Source: Trichoplax sp. H2
Lineage: Eukaryota
DNA length: 64,000 bases
Direction of reading: 5' to 3'
Assembly (NCBI GenBank): GCA_003344405.1
Contig: NOWV01000011.1
Coordinates: forward strand, 620,001-684,000
In this document: in pieces, positions 1-13,694 of the stretch
Layout of the letters: each line of letters starts with the position of its first letter
Numbering within the stretch: the first letter of the stretch is position 1
The notes under the pieces: model-generated
Told to the model about the DNA's origin: nothing
Seen by the model: only the letters and a program-made list of their open reading frames with translations
The model's database searches: none
Made by a program: the position numbers and the translations under genes

Positions 1-1842
1 TTAGAATCAATCCATATCAGTATTTCGGAAATAAATAGGCGTTCTACTCGAAATTGGTGATACTTCATAGTTTTATTCAGCCATTTTTACAGTTTGTATT
101 TAAATTAAATTAATTTTTAACTGCATACGTCATCAAGAATCGATATGGCTTTGTTGTTTATTTCGACTGCGAATGTTATAAATCGTTAGAATCTGCTTAA
201 AAATGATAATCTATGGTGCAAGATTTATACTTTAGAAAAAAACTTGGAATTTCATATCTCGTTAGTATCAATATCAAATTTATAGTTGCTAAGACTTGTT
301 TAAGCGTCTAAGATACTAGAGTTATTGGACGATATTCATAATATTGTTAGCCAAAAATAGCAAAGTAAAGGTCAAAGGTTGAAATTTATAGCTTGAATAG
401 CATGACATAAAGATTACCTGTACTTTATAGGAAATTTATATCGATATTTGGCCTATAGAATACTATACAAAAATGTCAATACCTACATGAGAGGCTGTTA
501 TTCAGTTTATGCGCAAGCTAGTAGAATAGTCAATGAGTATAATGAAGATGGAATTAAACGGGTTATTACTTTCTTTAGTAATTCCATCTTAAGATGTTAT
601 ATCATATTTTTGGTGTAAATATTATTATAGACTACAAATAAATTGATAGGGAACCGTCTTGTAGGCTGTTACAGGTTAAATGGAAAATCATATGGACTAT
701 TTACAAAATGAAATGCTTAGTTTTCGGTCTAAATATCGCGTTACTAGCAATCGATGCTTTATATAACTACCGATATGTAATATGAAAATTTTTGGTCTAA
801 ATCGGCAGGCATTGATATACTTAATCGGAATACCGGTATAGGATCGCACATTTGGTCTTGATGGCACAATACGTAATTACTTACATTACTTTATGCTATA
901 ACCATTTTAGCCTGAATAGAATAAAATTCAGAGATTGCTTTCGCTGATCGGTTTCGCTTAAATTGAGATGTTTTACTGTATCTGTTGTATTAATCCACCT
1001 CACACGCTTGGTATGTGATAACAATAATAGATTAAATTATACTTTACAATTTCTTAAATACCTTTTTGACTAAAATTATTATGGCATACCGTATGTACGA
1101 GTATTAAGGGATGATTATCAATTATAACTTCTGGCCTCATGTATCGTGTACTGCCTCGAAAACCTAAATAGTGACGTACAACGCTACGGTAAATTGTTAA
1201 CTTTGTAATTATAGAATAAACACGAAACCGATTTATACGTTACAATTGAAAGCATACCTTGGAATTGAGCAAATATTGAATTGATATTGCTACAATACGA
1301 TATTATATTAAAAATTTTTTCCCTTTCCGTTGTAGATACGACTAATTGAATACCATAAGAAGTGCAGAAGTTAAAACGACCACTAAGATACAGTAACCAA
1401 GTTGCTAATGACAATATTTAATTATGGTCCTAAATTTACTGTTGGCATTTATGTTCACGATTAAAGTAGAGATCTTATTAGGATTTACGTAGATGAGATT
1501 GGGTGCGAAAGTTCGAGCAATTCAAGGTCATCGTGATAATACCGATCATTTCTCATATTAAGTTTTTATCTCTTTACTGGCGTAAAAATGAGCAAAGCCT
1601 CATCATATCCATAGAACTAAAGAGAAATCTAAATTTTATGCTTCCTATTACTTCTGATTTTAAAATTTGTACTATCGACTTTCTATAATAGTGGGCTAAT
1701 TGCTGTAGTAATTTAATGGTATCTTTTGAAACATAGCAGATGTAAAGGTAGAAGAAATGGCGAGGCGCAAATTTATATTGTTATTTGGAACAAGAGTTCA
1801 TAATATAATCATTCAACTGTGCCTGTACCTGTACGTTAGACG

Positions 1843-2042
1843 GTAAATCTAGACAACACCATAAAAATGATGAGCAATAATTTAAACTCGTCATCGATAA
1901 GTTAATAAGTCGATATTGTATGATAGAGGTGGAATGGAGCATGAGCTTCGTAAGATAATTGTTAACTATATCTGTACAGTAAATCTAGACAATACCATGA
2001 AAATTCGGCGTAATAATTTAAACTCGCTATCGATAATTAAGT
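1843..2042. repeat. Diverged direct repeat of about 62 bp (2 copies) in the paralog D intron
   Basis: gtaaatctagacaa(c/t)accat(a/g)aaaat...aataatttaaactcg...atcgataa at about 1843 and about 1979. Confidence 0.8.
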
Positions 2043-2439
2043 TACGGAATCATTTCATACAGTTGGAACGATATACCGTAAGAAATAGTTTCTTATCTAA
2101 CTTACCACGAGATAATGTTGTCATATATATGTAATAAAATTTAAAATATACTGGTAAAGTACAACGATGGAAACAGTGAAAAAAATGGTAATGGATCTGA
2201 TAATAATTACAAATGATAAAGAATTGCTGTTTTATCTGATCTGGAAGAAGATTTCGAAGAATCAAAACTTAGATTTTGATAGCTAGATTGGCTGATGCTA
2301 TTAGTAAAACTTTGGTATAATAGAAAAAATAATATGATAATAAGGACTATGATAGAACGGTTAATCTGATCACTTTTTCCTACTGAAAGAGAGTCTTTAT
2401 ATTTTTATAAAGGGGCATAAAATTTTGGTAATGACTTAC

Positions 2440-3004
2440 TTAGCATATTGGCTACTGGCAAGGTGATCGCGCTTGAATCAGGTCCTACAACTCCTATAAC
2501 TCCTCTGCTGTCATCCGCTACTAAATGTTCTAGAAGAGTTTGATTACAACCATGTCGAGTTAGTTCGTGATAGTCTACAAGATGAAATTTCTTTTCCGAC
2601 CATGGTAGAAAATTAATTGATTGTTGTAGTGTATGCTTAACGTTCGAACAAGTATCCCGAATATCGTATCCTAACGTCACTCCAGGTAGAAGATTTTTAT
2701 CTCGATTAATTTGATCCACAGCATAAATCATTGCCATCATTTTGTATAACCCTCTAAAAGCAAATTCATCACATTGACCAATAGATTTATTGTAACTGTA
2801 ATGGGCAAAAAATAAACCTCCTAGAATATAATCGCCGTCATGATAAATTGCTAATGGATTCGTTTCCAAGATTTTATATTTCTTTTGATTATTAAGGCCA
2901 TTAACTGGACATGATGATGTTATACATATCAAGCAAATTATCAATAGAACTACCCTTATTTTGATAGATTGCATGTAATCTACTTGATCATATTTTACTG
3001 CCAT
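2440..3004 (-). CDS. Class C GPCR (CaSR/mGluR-like), paralog D, first coding exon only; the rest lies beyond the left edge
   Basis: Hydrophobic signal-like N-terminus, then Venus-flytrap motifs GDYILGGLF, AMIYAVDQIN, LLPGVTLGYDIRDTC and VIGVVGPDSS. Phase-1 donor A|GTAAGT at 2439, the same position as in the three paralogs. No exon 2 found in 1-2439. Confidence 0.88.
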
Positions 3005-6000
3005 GATTTATTTTTGGTTTCCAGTTTTTTCGTCGTGCATTTCTGTCAGGTAATATTTATCGATTGACAATTGTCAGTATTTAATACTGTGGAATACAAC
3101 AAGATGTACGACGGCACAATTAGCCAAAACAATTGCAGGAATACTTTGAAATAATCAATCAATCAATTAGTTGAAGCTGAAAGCTACAAAACTAGAAAAA
3201 AACTATATCATGAATAATAAATGATTTCATATTGAATAAAGTTTGCCTCGCTATTTTATTAGTATGGAGCCTTGTTCCTATAGAAATAGTATCTAAAGTA
3301 TTTATTGAGAAAAAAGCAGTTGTATCTCCGATATTTTACGACAATAGAGCTACGTTACCATTTTATTGTAGTAGCCAAGTTCACGAGAGTTATATTTCAT
3401 ATTTTGACGAATTTGCGTTTGTCTATTAAAAAAGAAAATAAAAAAAATGATATAGATCAATTGAGAATTAAAAAATGAATAACGTAGAAATTTTACTTTC
3501 GTAAAATTACCTTATAATGTTTGTTGGATTCAATTAATGAATTATACAATTTTTACACGAAGATTTTCATTTATTTATGAACATCTCTATGTTCAAGTAC
3601 ATTATTTTATCTTGTACTCTAAAATTGGAATAAGTTACATTTATTAAATATTTGATCAATATTTCAGAGTACACCTTTTATGTCACACAACCTCAATCTA
3701 GGTTGTTATGGTGATGCCAATCTTGGAATAAAGCCAGCTTTCAATTCTTCACGAGCTCATTTGATGATATTAGTTTCTTAGACTTTTCATGCATTGATAC
3801 AATGCGAAATATTATCCCAGGGTATCATGATATTTGCAAAATGTATTTTGCCTTATTTCTAGACTCTGTGTCTGGAATATTGTAATTTCTTAGTTAAATT
3901 GAGGAGATCATAATTATATTGACTATGAAATCGATGCCAATGTAATGGTATAGATATCAATGTTTAATGATTAACAGGATATAGCAATTATGATTGAGTA
4001 CACGATATTATTCTTTAACTTCCTTATAAAATCGGCCGATAATGAATCATAATGAATCTCCTTAGCTATTGGCTTAGGAGTTATCGAAGTTATCCATTAG
4101 CGTGATTAACTGTAGAGATTAAGTCTTCATCACGGCTGCATTATGAAGAAAATGAAGTATTACAGCACTTTGTTAGCAAATTCTAAAAGAAATAGTGCGT
4201 AACAAAACAACAACATCCGATTCATTATACGTAATTACAAATTCAATTATTTCACTTTTGATATAAAAAAAAATAATATCAGTAAAATACCAAACGAGAA
4301 GCTAAGACTGCCAATTTGTTGATGTCGATGAATATTGTATTGATGAGTCGAGGTGATAATGAAATGTAGGATTTCGAAGTGTAGTCAAAGCATGTTTTAT
4401 TAAATGGATCTATTTAAGTTCTATTATCCTCGCATTTTGGTAATATTTTAGAGGATGAGTAAGATGATATTTCTGAAACTATTAATATTTTTGTATTTGG
4501 GACTAATGTTAGGGCCATTACTATTACATTATATAACACTGAATGTATAGCAGATACCATTCAACATTTGCGCATTATATTTTTTAGGTCAAAGTGGTTA
4601 ATATGTTCAATATCAATATCGGATATTAATCAAGCGCTTTGGGAAATTAATTGTTTATTCCAGTACAGGACATTGAAAAGTTACTTCCACAAATTAGAAT
4701 GTTCATGTCATTATTCTAGAATGTTATCAAATAATGATAAGAGTATCTGTACGAATAACTAAGTTAGCGCATGTTATCAGAGCTGTTATGCTCATTTCAA
4801 TGTTTTAGAAAATCTCTCTAGATGTAGAATCACAATATAAAAGCTGGGCAAAGCTTTTATTAAAGGTATTTGAAGTAAATAGATTAATAATATATAAACA
4901 TTTACTCGAATAGACAATTAAATTAAATTACTTCATTACTGAATTGACGCAAATTTCCTGTCAACATCATTATCAACTTAAGAATAAAATACAGTAATAG
5001 TTTTATTTATACTTTAGTTAATTGAAAAAATAACTTTTGACAGAAACGTGTTTGTTTTTTTAATTATTTAGTGCCATTTATACATGCTGCATCCATAAGT
5101 GACAACAAATAAATGGCATCAATAAATTTTAAGCAATTTTATTGACCATCGGTAAATAAAATTTCTGAATACTCAGTACTGCATTTAATGTTGTAACCTA
5201 GACCTGCCCCAAAATCATGACTTAATTCCACATTTTAGCAACTAATTATATACAAGAGTGGATGTACATGTACAATTTTAATAAAGATTCAATTTTTTCT
5301 TTTTACATATTACTATAGACCTGTACTACGAAATAATAATTTGCTTGGGAAAAATACTCTAAACATTAGGTTATTATGTTTAATCTCTATAAGTTTATAG
5401 TATCTAATATTGGGTTTAAATCAAATAATGCAGTCTCTTTGCCCTTTTTACTAAATTGAAATCAAGATTTTCTTCCTTAAACAGCAACTGATATAGAAAT
5501 TCTACGTGTATAGTTTAGAAATTGCTGAAGTATCACGGCGGAAAATGCTATGAGGGTTCATCAAATATCAGCAAGACTTATTTCTCTACTTTTTATCTAC
5601 ACTATTTCTTATTTGAGCCATTAAATTATTATTATTATTCAAGATAATGCTTTGTAATCTCCAAGTTTCTTGAGATTAATAAAACCAAAATATTAGCGAA
5701 TGATCTTAAGCGCTTTTGCGAATATAGTAGCGATTACTCTCAGATATTCAATTTATCAACGATAAATATTCAAATATTGTAGATTATCACGCAAGAAGAT
5801 AATATGGGTATATTTAACATGCTGATTAGATCAGGTAGAGCTACAACTTGAAAGGTACTTCGAATTTAGTAACAGTTATTAATCTGCCTACCAACTGATC
5901 TCAAAACTGATCACTTCTACGCTAATACGTTCTATTTTCTGAAAAAGATATAATTCTATTCCATTGATGGATGGTTGGATAATTTAATGCACTTGGTATT

Positions 6001-6429
6001 TAAAAATTTGCTAACCAAGTTTAGGTGCATTTACTAACTATCAGTGAAAATTCATTTACTCAAAATTATTAACAGCGTTCAAACATGAAAAAAATCAAAA
6101 TTCCAGTAATAGTTTACACACATGTTTAGATATAATCTATCAGGCTATTTATTTAATCCTATTAATAACAATAAAATGCCATATAATTTATATATTATTC
6201 ATTAAAGAAACATGAGATTCTATAGCTTTTCCGTAACTGCAATTTTTGTCTTAATTAGCAAACATTGCAATGTGAATAGTTGCTATCAATAATAAAAAAC
6301 TTTAAATCACCCCAAATATCATAAGTTTATAAGGTTAAGGAGAGAAGAATAGGAATACTTCATCTACACTTTCTTATTAGACAATATATTCAATCTATTC
6401 TGTGAGTATTGAAATTATTGCATACCGGT

Positions 6430-6765
6430 AGTGAATAACTTGTTTTATTCTTAAGTAGTAGTATGTAGTATTGTCAGTTCCACTAAGAAATTTCCACGCT
6501 TACATTAATATTGACACTGAATAGTTAGTGACTTGTTTTATCCTCAAGTAGTGCTAGGCAGTATTTTCAGTTAAATTAAGAAAATTTTACATGTACGCTC
6601 GTATATTAATAGTGATAATAAGCATATGTACGTAGACATGTTTCCCGCATTTTTTCACATTGTTACATATACTTCTATACATTGAAATTATTGCGTAGTT
6701 AGTGACTTGTTCTATCCTCTAGTAGTGGTATGCTATATTATCAGCTACATTAAGAAAATACGCAC
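6430..6765. repeat. Three diverged copies of a unit of about 60 bp
   Basis: acttgtt(t/c)tat(t/c)ct...agtagt...tatt.tcag...taagaaa at about 6438, 6531 and 6704. Confidence 0.75.
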
Positions 6766-7321
6766 ATTTCCTTTAATTTTTCAGAATACCACATATACTT
6801 CTAGGCATCTGCAGATATGACCTAAAGTTTATATGTTAAGGTCAATCCTAGAATTTACCTCAACTATGCTATCTGGCTAATAATTTTCTATTTACCACCA
6901 TACCGTAGCTCTGGCGCATTAATGCTTTGAAAATCAATTCAAAATATCTTAAATAGAGATTCCGTCGATGAATGAAATCATGCATTATAGTAAGAAGAGG
7001 AACAACACCATAAGAAATCAGGAGTGATAGTTTCTTAGTTGCTTGCAAGGTCATATTACTGAAATTTCAAGAGCTATTATTCTCGCCAAACTTTAATAAT
7101 TATTACCTTAATCAGAGATATATATTCTTTTCATCCTGTATTAGTTCTACTATGAAAGGTTTCAGAGAAAAAGGATCTGTAAACCATATTTCACTAGTAT
7201 CTATTTTCTAAGTATTTCGATAGATTAACTGCATATTCGCAAAGGTATGTAATTTATACAAGTATTGGCGGAAATAGATAAGGCGAATCCTACTTTAGAT
7301 GAAAAAGACTGAAATAAATGT

Positions 7322-10300
7322 TTATTTTGGTTTAGTATGAATTCGTGTATCAGCGCCAAATGTAAATTCCTGGATAGATCGAAGCATCGCTTCTTTAGTA
7401 TTCAGATCTGGCCTAAATAAAATTGTGTAGATTTTGGGAATAAACAGTAACAGTAATATCGATAATCCAAATGTAATAACGGCTATGGATGCAAATGTTG
7501 CTTGTAATAATCCTACCGTACTATAATAACCGGGCACACTTAAAGCAACTATGACTAATGTGCTAAAAGAACAAATAAAGATATAGCGAGCTTCACTGAA
7601 GTTATCGGGCAATTTTCTAGTCTTCCATGCTAAGATAGTGCAAATTATTGCCAAGACTAATGTAAAACCAACAACAAGGCCTAATCCAAGATGCAATTTA
7701 CTTGAACATAAGATATGGACTTCATTTTCGTATCGATAATCAGGTATAGCATTTGGTGGATCAATAATAGTGAATATTAACCAAATAATTATGGGGATAG
7801 CTGTAATAGAAAGTACAAAGAGAATCGGAATAAGCGATTTACACCATCGACTTTGCAATCGAGAACTCTTGTCAACTTTCTGAATGCGTGAGCTAAGGGT
7901 AAATACATTAGCTACGTGTTTGGTTTTAGCAAGTAAACATGCTTCGCATAACGGGAAAGAAACACTACAAATTGCAAATTGGAACCAACATAGGCTTGTT
8001 GTCACTGCAAATTGGTAAGATCCACCTAGAATAAATAGTAGGGCAACGCTAAGTAGCTGTATGTGGGACATAATCTTGTTGGATGCTTTAACTATTGGTG
8101 TATTACTATACTTGAAAAAAATGATGACAATAAATAAAAGTGTTAACATGGAGAGGAGAGTAAAAATTAAAATTGTCAAATTGACTGGGTTACGCCAATC
8201 AAGTTTTGTTGGAGGAATTTCTTGACAGGCTGATCGATTATTTGTGGGCTTAAACCCAGGAGAACATTTAAAACATTGGGATGTAGTACCATTGGAAACT
8301 AGGCTTGGACCGCATTTCAAGCAGACGTAATAACAAGATTCTTGATCAAAGCTATGTTTGCGATCTCCAGGAGTACATGCTGTTTCATAAACTTCTGTAG
8401 GGATAGTTGTACTTTCACCATTACGCCAGCGAATTTTGTTAGTGTCCATTATCATTTCACTTTCAAAAGGATTCCACCTAGCCACTTCAACAAAATGAGA
8501 GCAATTGTCGTCATGATGCAAATTTTGGATTAAAATATGTCGTACGCCTTTATTTTGCTGAAATTCCACCGGCTGGTTAGCGTGATTGCTAAATTCAACC
8601 CGTTGAAGGTGATAATTAAAAATTGTATGATTGAATGTTTCAACGGAATTGCAAAATTCAATAGTACAATTTAATGTCTGATGCAGTGCATGAGCGATAG
8701 CATAAACTGCATCGATAACATAAATGATATCCTCATTCAATTCTGATTGATAATATTCACAGGAAGATTTCTTTTCATCGATGATTTCATAACTACCTAA
8801 TCTGACTTCACAGTTTTCTTCATTTGGCGTACAGTTGTATAATTTTTTCCATAACTGATCTAAATGTACATTTCTAGTATCACTAGTAACATAATTCTCA
8901 AGATGCTTTGTAATTAAAACTGATCGAAAAGTTTGCGTTGATACAGCCAGTAGGCCGCCCATCACTTCTTTCCTGATGGAGTAAATTGCTGGCGATTTAA
9001 CCCACTCACCAGCACCAATCCAAGTTCTACCAGTTAAATTTTGCCTTTCTGCTTCTTTCATAAATCTTATACCTTTTTCATAGGGTCCAAGCAAGACAAC
9101 AACTTGAAGCTTATTATTTGCTTTTAAATTTTGAATTACTCGCGCCATTGCCAAAGACATCCGATCACCAGTAATGGAGAATTCCTGGGCGATACAAATT
9201 TTGGCATCTTGTAATATAGTCCTAAGTAGATCCATTCTGTAGCTTGTTTCTGGAGGTTCAATAGTTATAAGACAAATTCGTGTCATGTCTAATGCTATTA
9301 TTATCTTAGAAATCACTACTAAATGATCATAAAACGAAGGCTGAGTTGAATATAAATTAGGAGGTTGATTGTCTGATTGTGTAACGGCCAAAGCACTTGG
9401 AGTAATTTCGATAACACCAAAATTACCTATATTAAAAATAAGACCGATAATTAAGCAATAGCGATATGAAATATAAATAGTATTCATTTATTGTACGTAG
9501 ATACCACTTTAATCTATTATATATATAATCGATTTTTAAAATAATTTCTCTCTGATTTAGCCAGCATACACCATACTAATGTTAGTTGGATTACATGGCT
9601 TACTATTATAGTATACAAATGAAAACGATATTTAATTCAGGTTATGCTTGATTAACGAGATCGATATACGTGTTTATCCAATCTATTATATCATTGATCT
9701 TTTAAACAATTTCTCTTCGATTTCACCGGTAAGCATCTTACCAGCAACAGTTAAATTATATAATTTACTATTATAGCATACAAATGGAAACGATGTTAAA
9801 TTCAGGCCATATTTAATTGACGATATTAACGTATGTCCAATCTATTATGAATGTTGTTCTAGCTCATAAAATGCTTACATATATACTGCTGAATTCTTTA
9901 CTATTTTTTTAAACATATATACTTATCCATCGGTCATTTTCGATCGATCAATAAATTTATATATTAGCCTAAGGATTGGTGGTAATTTAAAAAAATGATG
10001 TTGATATTTTGTTGTGAATTTAGGTTACATTTGTTCTTGCTCGCCCTATTATCTTATTGCATGATCCTCTGCATTCATTCTTGTCGGTTACTATTCGGTA
10101 AGAGTTTGATTGCCTATCGGATAAGCATAGGTATATAAGAGGTTGAAAGAATCCATAATGGGAGATATTCACGTGGAAACATAGTTCCTAGTCTCGCCCC
10201 AGTTATCTGAGAGTCTAGAAGTATTTACAAGCTACGATCGAACATATATTTAATGCTTGTAGTCGTTAAGCCTTCCATTTACTTAAATAGTTGTTATGCT

Positions 10301-11565
10301 TAGTAAAATGAATGCAATTTTATACAATAATTGTAACTTTTATACTGTCAATAACCCAAATTGAGTTAATACTTTAGTGCTATATGCTATTGATAAATAA
10401 AATTTCTTGATAGACAGGTGAATTGGATATAGTTACACCTAAATTGCGACAATAAAATCATTAAAACTTAAATAAGGATGAAAAAACGAAAGAGACTCAA
10501 ATTCTTTCGCCGTTACAAGTAGGTTAGATTCATTACACATTAGTGTCAAAAGTTCATAATTGCTATAGCGCAGTAACTTCATGCCAAACTTATCGCATTC
10601 AAAATGAGCCTGAAAAGCTCACTCATTTGGTAGTCGTTATTTTAACCTTGTGGAACGAATGAGCAAGTACGATATTGTTTATTATTTATCTTTATGACTG
10701 GTATCAAGATGGAAATAGCACGTAGGATGTTGTCTAATTTAGAATTCTCTGATTTGCAAAACGCTTCAGAATAAGTCTTACCAATAAGGCATTAATTTTT
10801 ACTGTTACTAGCAGATAGACATTTCTATAAAAGCTCAAGCTCTAGCGCTTATATTCGAAGTTATTTCGAATGCATAAAACAAAGACTTGATAGGACATGG
10901 AGTAATTGTTCAAAACCGTAGCTTATGCTATATAAAATGGATAATAAATATCACCGACTTTCTATAATTCGTTTCAGCTTCAGATTTGACTTAAAATCAA
11001 ATGTCTTCTAACTCACTTTCTTACCTATCGTATTTGCAGTGGCAATGGTAGAATCACTCATCGTTGTGCCAATAACACCAATAATAGGTCCATAAGTTCT
11101 GACTGTTTCTTCGTTAGCCTCATCATATTTAATTTTTTCACAGAAAAAACCGTCATACTTGCCTTCCTTAAATGGTAAGTATTGCATCAATAATGCCATA
11201 ATCTCTTTAGATACACGCAAACTATTATGACATGTATCTCGTATATCATAGCCTAGTTTCACATCAGGTAAAAGATTAGATTGCTCGTTGATATCGTTAA
11301 TAGCAAATATCATGGCCATCATAAGATGGATTCCATAAGTATCGAGTTCAGAGCATTTATGCTTGCCATCTTCGTAATTATAATGAGCTGGTAGAAGGCC
11401 AGCTATTATTGCATCTCCATTAGTACTTATCATGACAGCGTTTTGAGTTTGTTGTTGTTCTAAGACGCTAAATAATGTCTTTTGAGCATTGCAAATACTA
11501 TGTGATAATATGGATGCAAAGAGTATCGCGTAAATATAGCAATTTTTTTGAGCTGTAGCTACCAT
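7322..11565 (-). CDS. Class C GPCR paralog C (Venus flytrap + cysteine-rich domain + 7TM), 2 exons: 11025-11565 and 7322-9426, about 881 aa
   Basis: Exon 1 has GDAIIAGLLPAH and LLPDVKLGYDIRDTC. Donor G|GTAAGA at 11024 and acceptor TAG| at 9427 join in frame (IG|NFGVIEITP). Exon 2 has DAVYAIAHALH, a Cys-rich domain, TPIVKASN, KTRKLPDNFSEAR and FIPKIY. Confidence 0.93.
9510..9850. repeat. Diverged tandem repeat of about 165 bp (2 copies) in the paralog C intron
   Basis: aatctattat (x3), aatttctct and ttactattatag(t/c)atacaaatg(a/g)aaacgat...aattcagg recur with a period of about 165 bp. Confidence 0.8.
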
Positions 11566-12706
11566 AATGACTCTATTTCTTGCGATTACTAATTTGCGGT
11601 AAAATTACTTTCCAGTGATGAATAAGTCTGACACGAAAAATGACCAATTGACTTTATCGTGATAATTGCGTCGATCAGTATTACAAACAGTTTAACTTCT
11701 TCGCTTTCTAAAAATCTTCCATGCACCTATTTGTTTTAATTCTGTTTGCTACGATGCAGGTATAGTGTGCTACGAACATCAACTTCTCAGTCCAGAGATA
11801 AACTCTATAATTGTAATTATTGAGGGAATGCTTGAGACACTAATACGAAATAATTGATTTTAAACCGAAGGGAATAATCCAACAACCAAAAATTTAGACA
11901 ATCAGTTTGCATTCCGTGCAGAAAACATATGTTCTATAGTTATTACTAGCCTTTAACAGTAGAGTAATAAAATCTACTAATATGATTAACATTAGACAGA
12001 AAGCACTGACATAGCTGGATCAATAACACTTTGGCATGCATATTCACATTTACTGGATTATCATTTCATTTAAATAGGATAACTTGCTACCTGATTCTCC
12101 TCTTTGATTTATTATATGATCGAGCGTAAACTCAGGCTTAAAATTTTTACTGTATATACCGTAGATAGCATTCAAATTAATGACAGGCTCGCTAGATAAA
12201 TAGATTTATTAAAAATTTGCTCTAAACAAATCTATCTTTAGTCAAATCAAAAACGGTCTTTAAAAAGTTAATAGAGAAACATTATACGGTATCTAAAGTC
12301 AAAAATGATTTAGCAAGATGAATTATAATACTAAAAGACCGATTGTACTACATACTCTACAATATTAGCACTATATCTATAAAAACTTACTAACATCACT
12401 TATTAACTCTAACACATACCGGGCTTTATAATTATTTGAAATATGCGAATATTCAATCTATGTATTAAACTCTATTTGAAGTTAATGTGGAAGTTCTTGG
12501 CTATTTCTTTATCTTAAAAGCAGCCGGCTGTGTAATAACCCTGATATACATTTCGCACTCTATCCATTAAATAGATTTAAGCCTGAAATTAGATAGTTTC
12601 TTTCCTAATGTAATCCCAAACAGCGAGGATAACAACATCTCTTGCATCCAGAATGATCGGAAATTATAACTAGCTGATAAGTACACTAGAATGCAAGAAT
12701 CTAAAG

Positions 12707-13336
12707 GATATTGTTTAACTAAAGCTATATTACTTAATGTACTAGGTAGTATTCTAAAGTTTTTCCTTTATTGAAAAACGCATAATAATCGTGAAAATTA
12801 ATATAAGGATTCAATATAGGAAGATGTTCTTGGATCATATTTATAGATAGCTTCGGATAAAACTTAATTCATACAATATAAATGAAAACATAATTAATAC
12901 TGATAGGAGAGCCTTGCAAATGAGAGATTACTGTATTATCATGCCATTAAATGAAGACATATTACTACCTGATACTCCTATTTGATCTATTATACGATAC
13001 TATTTAAATTAATCGCAAGTTCGCTAGATAAATATGTTATTTTTATAATTAATCTATACGTCCAAAATAAGTGGAAGTTATTACTATTTGATAAGCGCAC
13101 TGAAATATAGGCCTCTACAAGACATTGTTTACCCGAAGCTATACTATTTAATGTACTCGGAAGCGTTCTAATGTTTTTCCTTTATTGATGAACGCATAGC
13201 AATCGTGGAAACTAATTGAGATTTTAGTATAAAAAACTATTCTTGGATCATATTTACAGGTAACTTCAGATACGACTTAATTTATGTCAATAAAATTGAA
13301 AGCACAATTAACATTAATAGAAGAGCCTAACAAATG
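12707..13336. repeat. Diverged direct duplication of about 215 bp (12707-12922 and 13121-13336)
   Basis: Colinear shared blocks aagctata, ttaatgtact, gtttttcctttattga, aacgcata, aatcgtg, ttcttggatcatattta, acttaatt and agagcct...caaatg. Confidence 0.88.
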
Positions 13337-13617
13337 CAAAAGTAAAACATCAACATTCTAAATTGTCAGGTATGCTACATTCTTTTATTACGTTTGTATT
13401 GAATAGAATACAACGATATATTACCATAGGAATCATAATTTATATTTTTCATAGCCAACTAAAGCTACCCACGGAAAATAATAGCTTGTGCAGTTGATAG
13501 GCTTCAAATATGAATTAAAATTTATTCAATTTCAGTAAGAAGTTACGATAGATTAACAGGATATGGATTGTCGTTTTCAACTTTCACGATCTGTATTATT
13601 GATATTGACACTTTAGC

Positions 13618-13694
13618 TTGATTATTAAATAGCTAAACCTCTTTACTCGTATTTATAATGGTATCATGACTGCTACTAAAGTGTTGTTGACGAA
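13618..13694 (-). pseudogene. Degenerate fragment of the paralog B C-terminal tail coding sequence
   Basis: ttgattattaaatagctaaacctctttact and atcatgactgctactaaagtgttgttgacgaa match 14362-14391 and 14440-14471, with an internal deletion. Confidence 0.7.

Noticed and set aside
1184-7054. Short 60-76 aa ORFs in intronic and intergenic DNA (e.g. 1184, 1503, 1916, 3232, 4568, 6869)
   Set aside because: No motifs or splice support; consistent with random AT-rich ORFs.
7322-9487. ORF-track starts of the long GPCR ORFs (9487, 16476, 23137) as independent genes
   Set aside because: They are second exons; in-frame phase-1 splicing to the upstream signal-peptide exons is evident.
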